Source of the DNA: Bacteroidota bacterium
GTDB taxonomy: Bacteria; Bacteroidota; Ignavibacteria; Kapaibacteriales; UBA2268
DNA length: 64,000 nt
Direction: 5' to 3'
Assembly (NCBI GenBank): GCA_048267165.1
Contig: JBLWYD010000008.1
Span: forward strand, 34,806-98,805
Part shown: in pieces, positions 1 through 8,563 of the stretch
Position numbering within the stretch: position 1 is the stretch's first letter
Layout of the letters: every line of letters begins with the position of its first letter
The notes under the pieces: model-generated
Database searches by the model: none
What the model saw: only the letters and a program-made list of their open reading frames with translations
Told to the model about the DNA's origin: nothing
Position numbers and translations under genes: made by a program

Positions 1-100
1 TAAAAACACAAAATCGCCTCATCGAGGCGAAATATCTGTAGCATTTGATTAAACTACAATCCCAAAAGCCCCAGCGGGGCGATATAATTCTTAACCTTAG
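1..100. repeat. Cluster of short REP-like palindromic units (GC-rich hairpin plus AT-rich tail)
   Basis: Palindromes tcgcctc-atc-gaggcga (14-30) and gcccc-agc-ggggc (68-80). The 12-mer aatatctgtagc (31-42) recurs inverted at 777-788. Confidence 0.6.
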
Positions 101-166
101 TTCCATTTTTTGTTAGGTTTATGGCTGAATTTTGTAAATTGTAGGATGATTAGAGGCTATAAATCA

Positions 167-613
167 ATGCAGAAGATAGGTATACAAGACTCATCTGGTA
201 TTAAAAATTGTTGCTTCAATTATGAATATAGTCAAACTTATGACTTGTTTAATGATTCTAAAAAGTATATTGATATAATAGATATACTAGATTTATATAA
301 AAAGATTGATAGTTACAATTTTAATAACAAAGAAATTAGTGGTTTGATTGATTCCAATTTTAAAATAAAGTATCTATTTTCAAACAATATCGACAATTTT
401 AAAATAGATGCCTATTCTATAAGTACAAAAATGGACTTAATTAGCTTTGTCATTGTCAATCAAAATTATGGTATAATATTAATTGATAGTGAATACCCTC
501 TTGGTTCTTTAGAGTTAATAAAGTTTAAGAATAAAAAGTTTAATCTTAAAACATCAGAACTAATGAGAATAGATTCTTTATTATATGAGAACATTAGAAA
601 TTCTTTTCAGTAA
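167..613 (+). CDS. Orphan hypothetical protein, very low GC
   Basis: ORF track 110..613 begins at a TTG. ATG at 167 is preceded by agagg. A strong terminator follows at 657-696. No domain recognised. Confidence 0.45.
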   Translation: MQKIGIQDSSGIKNCCFNYEYSQTYDLFNDSKKYIDIIDILDLYKKIDSYNFNNKEISGLIDSNFKIKYLFSNNIDNFKIDAYSISTKMDLISFVIVNQNYGIILIDSEYPLGSLELIKFKNKKFNLKTSELMRIDSLLYENIRNSFQ

Positions 614-656
614 CTTACAAAGAGTCTCCATTTCCAAGCATACGCTACTACTATTT

Positions 657-696
657 GAAAAAGGTCGCTTTCTTAATTGAGAGCGACCTTTTTTTG
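657..696. terminator. Rho-independent, bidirectional-looking terminator
   Basis: Stem ggtcgctttc / gagagcgacc (one mismatch), flanked by an A-run upstream and a T-run downstream. Confidence 0.7.
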
Positions 697-734
697 TGAT
701 TTGTTTATAAGGCAATAAGTTAACGTTTTTATTG

Positions 735-897
735 TATGCCACCTCTACGAGGCTAAATCTTGTTGTGGATTTATGGGCTACAGATATTGAGCCCCCTGGA
801 GATTTTCGGGAATTTACTTATTTTCTATTGTTGTCATATAAAACCTGATTCTATATAAATGAGACAGCCACGTCCCTTCGGTCCTCGCTGTGACAGA
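735..897. repeat. REP-like palindromic units, inverted relative to those at 1-100
   Basis: gctacagatatt (777-788) is the reverse complement of 31-42, with the same 'aaaatc + GC-rich block + 12-mer + AT-rich tail ending acaa + GC-rich block' layout. A further imperfect palindrome gacagccacgtcccttcggtcctcgctgtgacag lies at 863-896. Confidence 0.55.
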
Positions 898-916
898 TTA
901 ATTCTTTTCGGATTTC

Positions 917-1306
917 CTAATTATTTGGTGCACCATTAAGTACCCAACGGCGCATACCCTCTTGTTGGTTATTAGTGGGGAGTTCGCGATTGTGTATGTA
1001 TAGGTGATAATCTTTTCCTTCTAATATTTGGTTTAACCTAGAAGCATCAGGGTTTCCTCTAATTACTAGGCCAATACTTGATGATTGGAAGTAAGTGTAA
1101 TATTCATCGAGATATAAACCAGCTGCTTGTGTAAAACCATCGTGACAAGCTGCCGTCGCACAAGTATATTGCATAAATGGCTTTACGTGCTTGAAAAAAC
1201 TAACTTCGTCTCCCCCTTCATCTGGAAAACGCAAATCACTAGAGCTCTGTACGTTATTGGAACAAGCACTAATAATTGCAAAAGAGGTGATAATAGCAAT
1301 TGCCAT
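917..1306 (-). CDS. Small lipoprotein with a planctomycete-cytochrome-c-like (PSCyt1-type) domain
   Basis: Lipobox MAIAIITSFAIISAC when started at the internal ATG (1306), which removes the overlap with panB. The pattern VKPF..C....CHDG...GLYLD...GNPDAS.L...WV.NGAP resembles the PSCyt1 domain. Confidence 0.5.
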   Translation of the reverse strand: MAIAIITSFAIISACSNNVQSSSDLRFPDEGGDEVSFFKHVKPFMQYTCATAACHDGFTQAAGLYLDEYYTYFQSSSIGLVIRGNPDASRLNQILEGKDYHLYIHNRELPTNNQQEGMRRWVLNGAPNN

Positions 1307-1313
1307 TAGGTAT

Positions 1314-2135
1314 TTAATAAGATTCTGATTCATTAGGGAAATCATTTGATTGTACATCAGTTATATATTGTTTTACGGATTCGGTATATACTTTGTTCAG
1401 TTCAGCATATTGGCGAACGAATCGAGGATTGAAATCTACAGTCAGCCCCATCATATCCGTATAGACTAATATCTGCCCATCGCAAAAAGCACCTGCACCG
1501 ATACCGATAGTTGGTATCTCTAGCATTTCGGTGATTTTCTTTCCTAGTTCAGCAGGGATTTTTTCTAATACAACTGCGAAAGCGCCAGCATCTTGTAATC
1601 TTTGGGCATCATCTATTATATGCTGTGCCTCGTCTGGGTCTTTACCCCTAGCTCTGTATGAGCCAAATTTGTTGATACTCTGTGGGGTCAACCCGAGGTG
1701 TCCCATAACTGGTATTCCAGCTTCTGTCATTTTTCTAATAGCTTTCGTTACGTTTTTGCCGCCCTCAAGCTTAACTGCCGAACAGCCAGCTTCTTTCATC
1801 AATCGCCCAGCGTTTCTGAAAGCTTCATTCGCGGAGACTTGATAGCTCATAAATGGCATATCAGAGACTACTAGAGCTCTGCTTGCACCTTTCACAACTG
1901 CCTTACTGTGGTATATCGTTTGCTCCATTGTAACGGGTAGTGTTGTTTCCTCACCTTGGAATACATTACCGAGTGAGTCACCCACTAATAATAAATCGAT
2001 ACCAGCTTCATCGAATATATTCGCTGTCAAAGCGTCGTAAGCTGTAAGACAGGAGATTTTGATTCCTGCGTTTTTCATTTCTTGTAAACGAAGTGTAGTA
2101 ACTGTTTTTTCTTTTATTTTTTTATTAACGCTCAT
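1314..2135 (-). CDS. panB: 3-methyl-2-oxobutanoate hydroxymethyltransferase
   Basis: Full-length PanB-like translation (LTAYDA..., VGDSLGNV, GHLGLTPQS). Confidence 0.92.
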   Translation of the reverse strand: MSVNKKIKEKTVTTLRLQEMKNAGIKISCLTAYDALTANIFDEAGIDLLLVGDSLGNVFQGEETTLPVTMEQTIYHSKAVVKGASRALVVSDMPFMSYQVSANEAFRNAGRLMKEAGCSAVKLEGGKNVTKAIRKMTEAGIPVMGHLGLTPQSINKFGSYRARGKDPDEAQHIIDDAQRLQDAGAFAVVLEKIPAELGKKITEMLEIPTIGIGAGAFCDGQILVYTDMMGLTVDFNPRFVRQYAELNKVYTESVKQYITDVQSNDFPNESESY

Positions 2136-2191
2136 TGCTTTATATTATAATTGTAGAAAATATAAATGTGATTACAATTTAAGAAATTAAT

Positions 2192-3658
2192 ATGAATATA
2201 CTATTAGCAGCCGCAGAAATCAACCCATACGCCAAAGGTGGTGGAATGGCTGATGTCACCTCATATCTCTGTATAGAATGGGCAGAGATGGGCCATGATG
2301 TAGTGGCAGTACTACCTGGGTATAAGTCAATAGACAAGTCAGCTTATGGGCTTAGGAAGACTGATATTTCATTCGATGTACCTATGGGATTCGGTAAAGA
2401 AAAGGCAACCGTGTATAGCGGAACTTTCCCTAATAGTGATGCTCGTATTTTTTTAATTGGTCACGATGAATTTTTTGATGATGACTATGTATATGGTGAT
2501 AGGAACGAAGACGAAGATGATGATCGCCGTTTTCTATTCTTTGATAAGGCAATACCAGAGCTATGTAAGGCAATTAATTTCAGTCCTGATATAATAAATT
2601 GTCACGATTATCATACTTCATTTGTAATGCCAATACTTAAAACTCAATATAAAAATGAGCCGTTATTCGATAAAACTGGTAGCGTATTCACTATCCACAA
2701 CCTCTCATACCAAGGAATATACGACAAGTATAGGGTTATGGATTTTACAGGATTGAAGCACAAAGAATTTGAGGTTGGATCTTGGTTTGAGCACGAAGGG
2801 AAAGTAAATTTTATGAAAACGGGTATAATGTATGCCGATAGAATACTAACAGTTAGCCCTACTTATGCCGAAGAGATAAAGCAGCCATACTACAGCGAGG
2901 GAATGCAAGACGCTATAAACAGCCGTTTGCGTGATATAACTGGTGTACTCAACGGAGTAAACTACCGAATATGGAATCCTTCGAATGATACTTTAATTAG
3001 TAAGCATTACGACTCAGATAGTTTGAACGTAAAAGAAGAATTGAAACTAGAGTATCTGGCAGAAGTTGGAATACCAGAGTCAAAGCACCATCTTCCACTA
3101 ATCTCATTTGTTAGCCGACTAACAGAGCAAAAAGGGTTAGATATACTTGAAAACAAAATTGCAAAGCTTTTGAATACTAACAAATTTGTACTTGCAATAT
3201 TAGGCGAAGGGCAAGAAAAGTATGAGGATTTGGTAATAGAAGCTAAAACTCAATTCCCCGAAAATGTAATACTCAACCTGAACTTTAGTGAGAGAGAAGC
3301 TCATAGACTAATAGCAGCTTCTGACTTCTTGCTAATGCCATCAAAGTATGAGCCCTGTGGACTAACTCAAATGTACGCCTTAAAGTACGGAACTATACCA
3401 ATAGTTAGAGCAACAGGCGGATTGGCGGATACAATTACTAATTATTCGGCTGAAAAAGGAACGGGCAATGGAATATCATTCCCACACTATAATAGAGATG
3501 AACTTGAGGCCGCTGTTCGCCGTGCGGTGGATTTATATAAATCAAAAAACCACATTGACAAAATCAGACAAAACGGAATGGCAGAAAACCACTCCTCTAA
3601 GCGTAGTGCAAAAGGCTACATAGAAGTATTCAAAGAAGTTTTGGATAATAAATCGTAA
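2192..3658 (+). CDS. glgA: Glycogen/starch synthase (GT5)
   Basis: N-terminus MNILLAAAEINPYAKGGGMADV, plus SRLTEQKG and PSKYEPCGLTQMYALKYGT motifs. Confidence 0.9.
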   Translation: MNILLAAAEINPYAKGGGMADVTSYLCIEWAEMGHDVVAVLPGYKSIDKSAYGLRKTDISFDVPMGFGKEKATVYSGTFPNSDARIFLIGHDEFFDDDYVYGDRNEDEDDDRRFLFFDKAIPELCKAINFSPDIINCHDYHTSFVMPILKTQYKNEPLFDKTGSVFTIHNLSYQGIYDKYRVMDFTGLKHKEFEVGSWFEHEGKVNFMKTGIMYADRILTVSPTYAEEIKQPYYSEGMQDAINSRLRDITGVLNGVNYRIWNPSNDTLISKHYDSDSLNVKEELKLEYLAEVGIPESKHHLPLISFVSRLTEQKGLDILENKIAKLLNTNKFVLAILGEGQEKYEDLVIEAKTQFPENVILNLNFSEREAHRLIAASDFLLMPSKYEPCGLTQMYALKYGTIPIVRATGGLADTITNYSAEKGTGNGISFPHYNRDELEAAVRRAVDLYKSKNHIDKIRQNGMAENHSSKRSAKGYIEVFKEVLDNKS

Positions 3659-3661
3659 CCG

Positions 3662-5428
3662 TTATTCCATCGTTATTTTAGAATAGAACTCACCCAAAGC
3701 TACTGGCAAATGCTCTATATGTGGCAACACCTCGAAGTTCCTATGCCCGAACATCTGTGGAAGATAGTATTTCGCCTTGCTTTCCACTGCCAATGCGAAT
3801 GTATGTATCCCCTTGTTAGATAGCTCTTCTATAGCTTTTTTTATGTCTTCTGTACCTTGCTTACCTTCGTATTTATCATAGTCTGACGCCTTTCCATCTG
3901 TAAGAAGTATAATCCATTTTTTGGTATGTGTTGCTCTTTCAATTTCTGTACCAGCATGTCTAAGTGCAGGACCAATCCTAGTGTATGAATCAGCAGCTAA
4001 AGCACCGATTTTATTACGAGCTTTATCCCACTTCTCATCGAATTTTTTAACGTTTTTATAATAGCAGAAATTTCTAGTACGTGAGTTGAAAGTATCTATC
4101 TGAAACTCTATATCATATTCCGAAAGTACCTCACCAAAGCAAATGAGTGCTTGCTTTTCAATATCGAGGATTCTTCTTCCTTCGGTGTACGAATCAGCAG
4201 ATAAGCTAGTATCCATTAGTATGAGTACTGATAAATCTTTTCTTCTGCGTTTCTTAGCTATGTACAGTCGTTCGTCAGGAGTTCTCCTGGCGTGCATATC
4301 CGAAAATGCATCTATAGCTGCATCGAAATCTATATCATCACCATAAGGCGACCGATTAACCATTTCTAATTCATTATGAATGCGAGCGAACATCCTTCTT
4401 AATTCACTAATCGTATTATGATTGTTTGATATTACATCTTTGCTGTATTGTCGGTCAATAGTATTCAACTGAGAGTAGAATACTCTACAGTAATCTTTTC
4501 TATAGCTTCTTTTTTTGTAATCCCATTCATCGTAGTAATAGTGTATATCTGTCGTTTCACCAGAATTGGCTTCAATATTATTCGAGTTCGGAGCTAGTTC
4601 TGCTTTGTAAACGGAATGAACTGCATCATCTGCCCTGACTGTGTATTTCAGATCTAACTCTGAGAGAGCTTCTGCGTGGTCACTTAGGTCATCACTTCCA
4701 TCGAATGAACGCCATACACCATTGAACTCGTCTGCTGTCTCTACTTTTTCGAAGTTGTGAGTTAGGACATAGTCTTCTTGTGCTTTTTTATCAACTGCTA
4801 TAGTTTCAATCTCTTCTACAGGGTTTGATTCTATTTCAGTAGTTATTTCATTATCTTCTTTATTCGATTTTCCTGTTTCATTAGCGTCCGTCTCACTCAT
4901 AAAGCTTTTTGAGCTTCTCATCCATTTACCATACAAAACAGAGAAATCTATATCTGTTTTATTTTTAGTCGCAATCTGTTCTTCTGCTTCGTAGAGCTTG
5001 GAGTATATATTCCTCATAGGAGTATATTCTTGGAAAAGGTACTCAAGTATTTTGTCTGACATTTCGATTGACTTTTGGTGAGCCGCTTTTGAATCAGTTT
5101 CGTTTCCACTTTTGAATTGATGGTCGAACTCACATTGAGCAGATAGATAGAATGTTCTGAAAATATAATATTTCAGATTCAGCTCTATTGTTTCATATCT
5201 ATGAAAAGTATCAGGCAAGAAGAATAAGAAATCTCTATATCCCCCCTCTTTCTTTGCAGGAAAAAGACTGATTTCTTCACCAGTAAGTGCCCTAGAAATA
5301 ATAGTCAATCTACCCGAAATATCTTTCAGCTCGACTTTTCTTTCGGTGACTTCTTCGCTTTCTTTGTTCTTATATTTCCGAACTAACTTAAGTAGTCGGT
5401 GATATATTACTTCATCTAAATCTATCAT
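3662..5428 (-). CDS. norD: NorD-type VWA protein (nitric oxide reductase activation)
   Basis: C-terminal VWA domain with MIDAS DTSLS. 4-bp overlap with the upstream NorQ-like AAA+ gene. Position within norCBQD. Confidence 0.8.
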   Translation of the reverse strand: MIDLDEVIYHRLLKLVRKYKNKESEEVTERKVELKDISGRLTIISRALTGEEISLFPAKKEGGYRDFLFFLPDTFHRYETIELNLKYYIFRTFYLSAQCEFDHQFKSGNETDSKAAHQKSIEMSDKILEYLFQEYTPMRNIYSKLYEAEEQIATKNKTDIDFSVLYGKWMRSSKSFMSETDANETGKSNKEDNEITTEIESNPVEEIETIAVDKKAQEDYVLTHNFEKVETADEFNGVWRSFDGSDDLSDHAEALSELDLKYTVRADDAVHSVYKAELAPNSNNIEANSGETTDIHYYYDEWDYKKRSYRKDYCRVFYSQLNTIDRQYSKDVISNNHNTISELRRMFARIHNELEMVNRSPYGDDIDFDAAIDAFSDMHARRTPDERLYIAKKRRRKDLSVLILMDTSLSADSYTEGRRILDIEKQALICFGEVLSEYDIEFQIDTFNSRTRNFCYYKNVKKFDEKWDKARNKIGALAADSYTRIGPALRHAGTEIERATHTKKWIILLTDGKASDYDKYEGKQGTEDIKKAIEELSNKGIHTFALAVESKAKYYLPQMFGHRNFEVLPHIEHLPVALGEFYSKITME

Positions 5429-6204
5429 AGTATCATCGAGATCAAATCATTAAGTGCATCACTAGTATCTTTATCATCAGTAAGCGGTGCTGTTATTGCA
5501 CATTCGGCAGCTAATCGAGGGTTCATACCTACGTTTATTAGCTTAGCACAATCCACAAGCAACCTAGTAGAAACAGATTCTGTTAGTCCAAGCTCGGTTA
5601 GGTTTCTGATTTTTTCAGCTACTTTTACCAATTTCTTAGCAGTATCTGAATTGCATCCAGTCTCATTTTCAACTATTTCTCTTTCAGTTTCGGCACTTGG
5701 ATAACTGAATACATACGCTACAAAACGCTGTCTTGTTGAAGGCTTCAGCTCCTTGAATCCTTTTTGATAACCGGGGTTATAAGACGCTACTAACATAAAA
5801 GAATCAGGTGCTTTTACTATTTCACCAGTTTTATCAACAAACAAAGTACGTCTGTGGTCAGTCAGCGAGTGAATTGCTACTATGATATCTGGTCTAGCCT
5901 CTGCTATTTCATCAAGATATAAAATAGCTCCTTCTTTGATAGCTAAGCTCATAGGCCCATCTAACCATACTGTTTCAGCACCTTTTATTATGTATCTTCC
6001 AATCAAATCTGTAGCTGATGTTTCTTCGTGACAAAGAACAGTATAGAACGGCTTATCCAATTTAGCAGCCATATATTCTACAAATCTTGATTTCCCAGTA
6101 CCTGTAGGTCCTTTTAGTAGAAAAGGTAGCTTCTCTTTGAAGCAATTTTCGAAAATCTCAACTTCATTTTTCGTTTCCTTATAGTAAGGTATTGTCTTTT
6201 CCAT
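5425..6204 (-). CDS. norQ: NorQ/CbbQ-type MoxR-class AAA+ ATPase
   Basis: Walker A GPTGTGKS, about 260 aa CbbQ/NorQ size, operon context. Confidence 0.85.
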   Translation of the reverse strand: MEKTIPYYKETKNEVEIFENCFKEKLPFLLKGPTGTGKSRFVEYMAAKLDKPFYTVLCHEETSATDLIGRYIIKGAETVWLDGPMSLAIKEGAILYLDEIAEARPDIIVAIHSLTDHRRTLFVDKTGEIVKAPDSFMLVASYNPGYQKGFKELKPSTRQRFVAYVFSYPSAETEREIVENETGCNSDTAKKLVKVAEKIRNLTELGLTESVSTRLLVDCAKLINVGMNPRLAAECAITAPLTDDKDTSDALNDLISMIL

Positions 6205-6228
6205 ATACTAATTCTATTTTTTTTATAT

Positions 6229-6307
6229 TATAATGCCATTTCTAAATTAGAAGACTATCCAAGGGGCTTATTCTTTGAATTTATCTTCAATTATGAAATG
6301 GCATATA
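6229..6307 (-). other. Long imperfect intercistronic stem-loop between norB and norQ
   Basis: atgccatttc (6233-6242) pairs perfectly with gaaatggcat (6295-6304). The arms extend imperfectly (tataatgcc / ggcatata, taaattagaag / ctttgaattta). No U-run on the coding strand. Confidence 0.5.
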
Positions 6308-6327
6308 AAGATTATTTTTATTTATAA

Positions 6328-7692
6328 CTATTTTGCGATTGCTTCATCAAAGTAATCATCGCCTTTTTCACTTACTTCGCCAACTGGTCCACCATACTTG
6401 ATAAAGTTAGCTATGTAAAGTCCAATACCAGTAGCGAACATAGTCGCACAGATAAGCATTATCACAAAGTGTATCTCTATCTCTTTTTGTACAGCTAAAA
6501 AATCCATACCGTATTTTCTTTCTAAATAAACTTGTGCTATACCAGCCACAGCCAGTGCAACAGTCATACCTAGCATACCAATATTAGAAAGCCAAAACGC
6601 ATAAAGTCCAATACTATTATTGTATATTTTTCTACCTGTTAGTAGAGGCATTGAGTATGAAATCATAGCTAATACTAACATAGCATAAGCTCCCCAAAAA
6701 GCCATGTGACCGTGCATAGCAGTTACCAAAGTACCATGAGTGTACATGTTTACCTGTGGTAATGTATGTGCTGCACCGAGTAAACCTGCACCAACGAATG
6801 ACGTCAACGCACAACCAAGAGTCCAGTATAAGGCAAGCTTATTCGGGTGCTCTCGACCAGCTTTTCGGTACATGTTAATTGCAAATAATGCCATAGCAAG
6901 GAATGCCAATGGTTCTAGAACAGAGAATAAACCACCTATCATTAACCAATACTCAGGAGCACCGATATAGTAGTAGTGGTGACCTGTACCTAGTACACCA
7001 GAAAGGAAAGTTAGACCAACGATTACGTATAACCATTTCTCTATTACTTCTCTATCCACACCAGTTAGTTTTATTAATAAGAAAGCTAGAATACCACCCA
7101 TTATAAGTTCCCATACTCCTTCTACCCAAAGGTGAACTACGTACCAACGGAAGAATGAATCAAGAGTCTGATTATCAAACCAAATCATACCTGGTAAATA
7201 TAACAATGCTGCGAATAAAAGCCCCATAACTAGTACAATACCAGTAGTAGTATGCTTTTTACCATTCCACATAGTCAATATAATATTAGCTAGGAAAGTA
7301 AGCACATTAAGTACTACCAAATAGTCCAAAGGACGAGGTATTTCTAAGAATTTACGACCTTCCCACCAATTAAAGTGGAAACCAATAATAGCTGTTACAC
7401 CAACCAAAATAAGCGATATAAGTTGGATATAAGCTAACTTAACTGAGAATAGTTCTCTACCAGATTCTTCTGGTATAATATAGTGTGCAGCACCCATAAA
7501 TCCAGTTAATAGCCATACTACTAATAGATTCGTGTGTGTTGCTCTAGCTGCGTTGAATGGAATCCATTCGTGTAATACGTCTAGTCCTATTCTATCAAAA
7601 CCCATGATAAACCCATAAATAATTTGCAATGTTAGCAATAGCATACATGTTGCAAAAAACCAAAAGGCTACTTTTTGTGATTCATATTTCAT
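6328..7692 (-). CDS. norB: Nitric oxide reductase large subunit (cNOR NorB)
   Basis: Close match to the NorB sequence as I recall it: THTNLLVVWLL.GFMGAA.Y..PEES and HLWVEGVWELIMG..LAF.L.K.TGVDREVIEKWLYV....GTGHHY. At 454 aa it is cNOR-sized, not qNOR-sized. Confidence 0.93.
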   Translation of the reverse strand: MKYESQKVAFWFFATCMLLLTLQIIYGFIMGFDRIGLDVLHEWIPFNAARATHTNLLVVWLLTGFMGAAHYIIPEESGRELFSVKLAYIQLISLILVGVTAIIGFHFNWWEGRKFLEIPRPLDYLVVLNVLTFLANIILTMWNGKKHTTTGIVLVMGLLFAALLYLPGMIWFDNQTLDSFFRWYVVHLWVEGVWELIMGGILAFLLIKLTGVDREVIEKWLYVIVGLTFLSGVLGTGHHYYYIGAPEYWLMIGGLFSVLEPLAFLAMALFAINMYRKAGREHPNKLALYWTLGCALTSFVGAGLLGAAHTLPQVNMYTHGTLVTAMHGHMAFWGAYAMLVLAMISYSMPLLTGRKIYNNSIGLYAFWLSNIGMLGMTVALAVAGIAQVYLERKYGMDFLAVQKEIEIHFVIMLICATMFATGIGLYIANFIKYGGPVGEVSEKGDDYFDEAIAK

Positions 7693-7712
7693 TTTTTATA
7701 CCTTTAGTTTAA

Positions 7713-8408
7713 TTATTTTTGATTTGATAAAAATTCGACCATTTCCTGACGCTCAGCATCTGTAAGCGGAAGTTTAGGCATTGCTGTACCAGGCTTAACA
7801 GTCTGTGGGTCAGCTATCCATTTGTTTAGATACTCTGCGTCAAATCTACCACCGACACCATCTAATGCAGGGCCAACGTTTCCACCTGAACCACCTAATG
7901 AGTGACAAGCTGAACATAATGACCATTTGCTAGGTTTATCTCCAGCAACGGCTGTAGCACTAGTTGTAACTACATTGGCAGCAAAAGCACCCTTGTCAGG
8001 TTCTGGAGGGAATCCATTCAAATCAATCTCTCCTACCCATTTGAAAAAGGCAATCAAATCTGATTTTTCCTCTTTTGTAAAATCATATTTTACCATCTTT
8101 CTTTCACCTGGGAACATAGCTTCTGGATCATCCATAAATACGTCAATCCAATCAGGGCCACGTCTTTCATAAACTTTAGTTAATTCAGGTGCGTAATAAG
8201 CACCCTCACCCATTATGGTGTGGCAACCCATACAGTTATTCTCATCGAATAACAGCTTACCTCTTACTACTTCTGGGGTTAGATTCTGTGCATTCGTCTG
8301 CTTATCTACGTGGTTTACAACCGTATCGTAGGATAAATAGAAGAATACACCCGTGAAAAAGACAGTTCCCACTACGAAAAATGTCCTTGCTTGATTCTTG
8401 GAGAGCAT
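7713..8408 (-). CDS. norC: NorC-like membrane cytochrome c fused to a second class-I cytochrome c domain
   Basis: N-terminal TM helix. First heme motif is CMGCH at the position expected for NorC. Second is CSACH ... TAMPK in a C-terminal extension of about 75 aa. ATG at 8408 has better RBS spacing (aaagg) than the GTG at 8417. Confidence 0.8.
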   Translation of the reverse strand: MLSKNQARTFFVVGTVFFTGVFFYLSYDTVVNHVDKQTNAQNLTPEVVRGKLLFDENNCMGCHTIMGEGAYYAPELTKVYERRGPDWIDVFMDDPEAMFPGERKMVKYDFTKEEKSDLIAFFKWVGEIDLNGFPPEPDKGAFAANVVTTSATAVAGDKPSKWSLCSACHSLGGSGGNVGPALDGVGGRFDAEYLNKWIADPQTVKPGTAMPKLPLTDAERQEMVEFLSNQK

Positions 8409-8563
8409 ACTAAACACCTTTATTTAATAAATAATGATTTTATTATTGAACAAAAATAGAAAATATATTTTAAATAAAAGAATAAAAGACAGTATTATCC
8501 TTAATAAATTTACAATTTAATCCTCAACTAAGCGTTGTTGCCCGATTTACTAACGCAATTCGG

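Noticed and set aside
1531-1842. 103-aa plus-strand ORF, and the similar 1127..1309 ORF
   Set aside because: Both are antisense to panB or the lipoprotein gene. The opposite strand encodes clearly recognisable proteins.
6632-7106. Three short ORFs (6632..6814 minus; 6740..6970 and 6903..7106 plus)
   Set aside because: They are embedded in norB, out of frame or antisense. The NorB translation is full-length and highly conserved.
6328-8417. Possibility that this is a cbb3-type oxidase (CcoN/CcoO) rather than NOR
   Set aside because: The large subunit matches NorB-specific stretches (HLWVEGVWELIMG, GVDREVIEKWLYV). It is followed by NorQ/NorD-type genes rather than ccoQP/ccoGHIS.
8409-8563. FNR/NnrR-type box (TTGAT-N4-ATCAA) or NsrR box upstream of norC
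   Set aside because: I read the spacer on both strands and found no convincing match, so no regulatory site is claimed.
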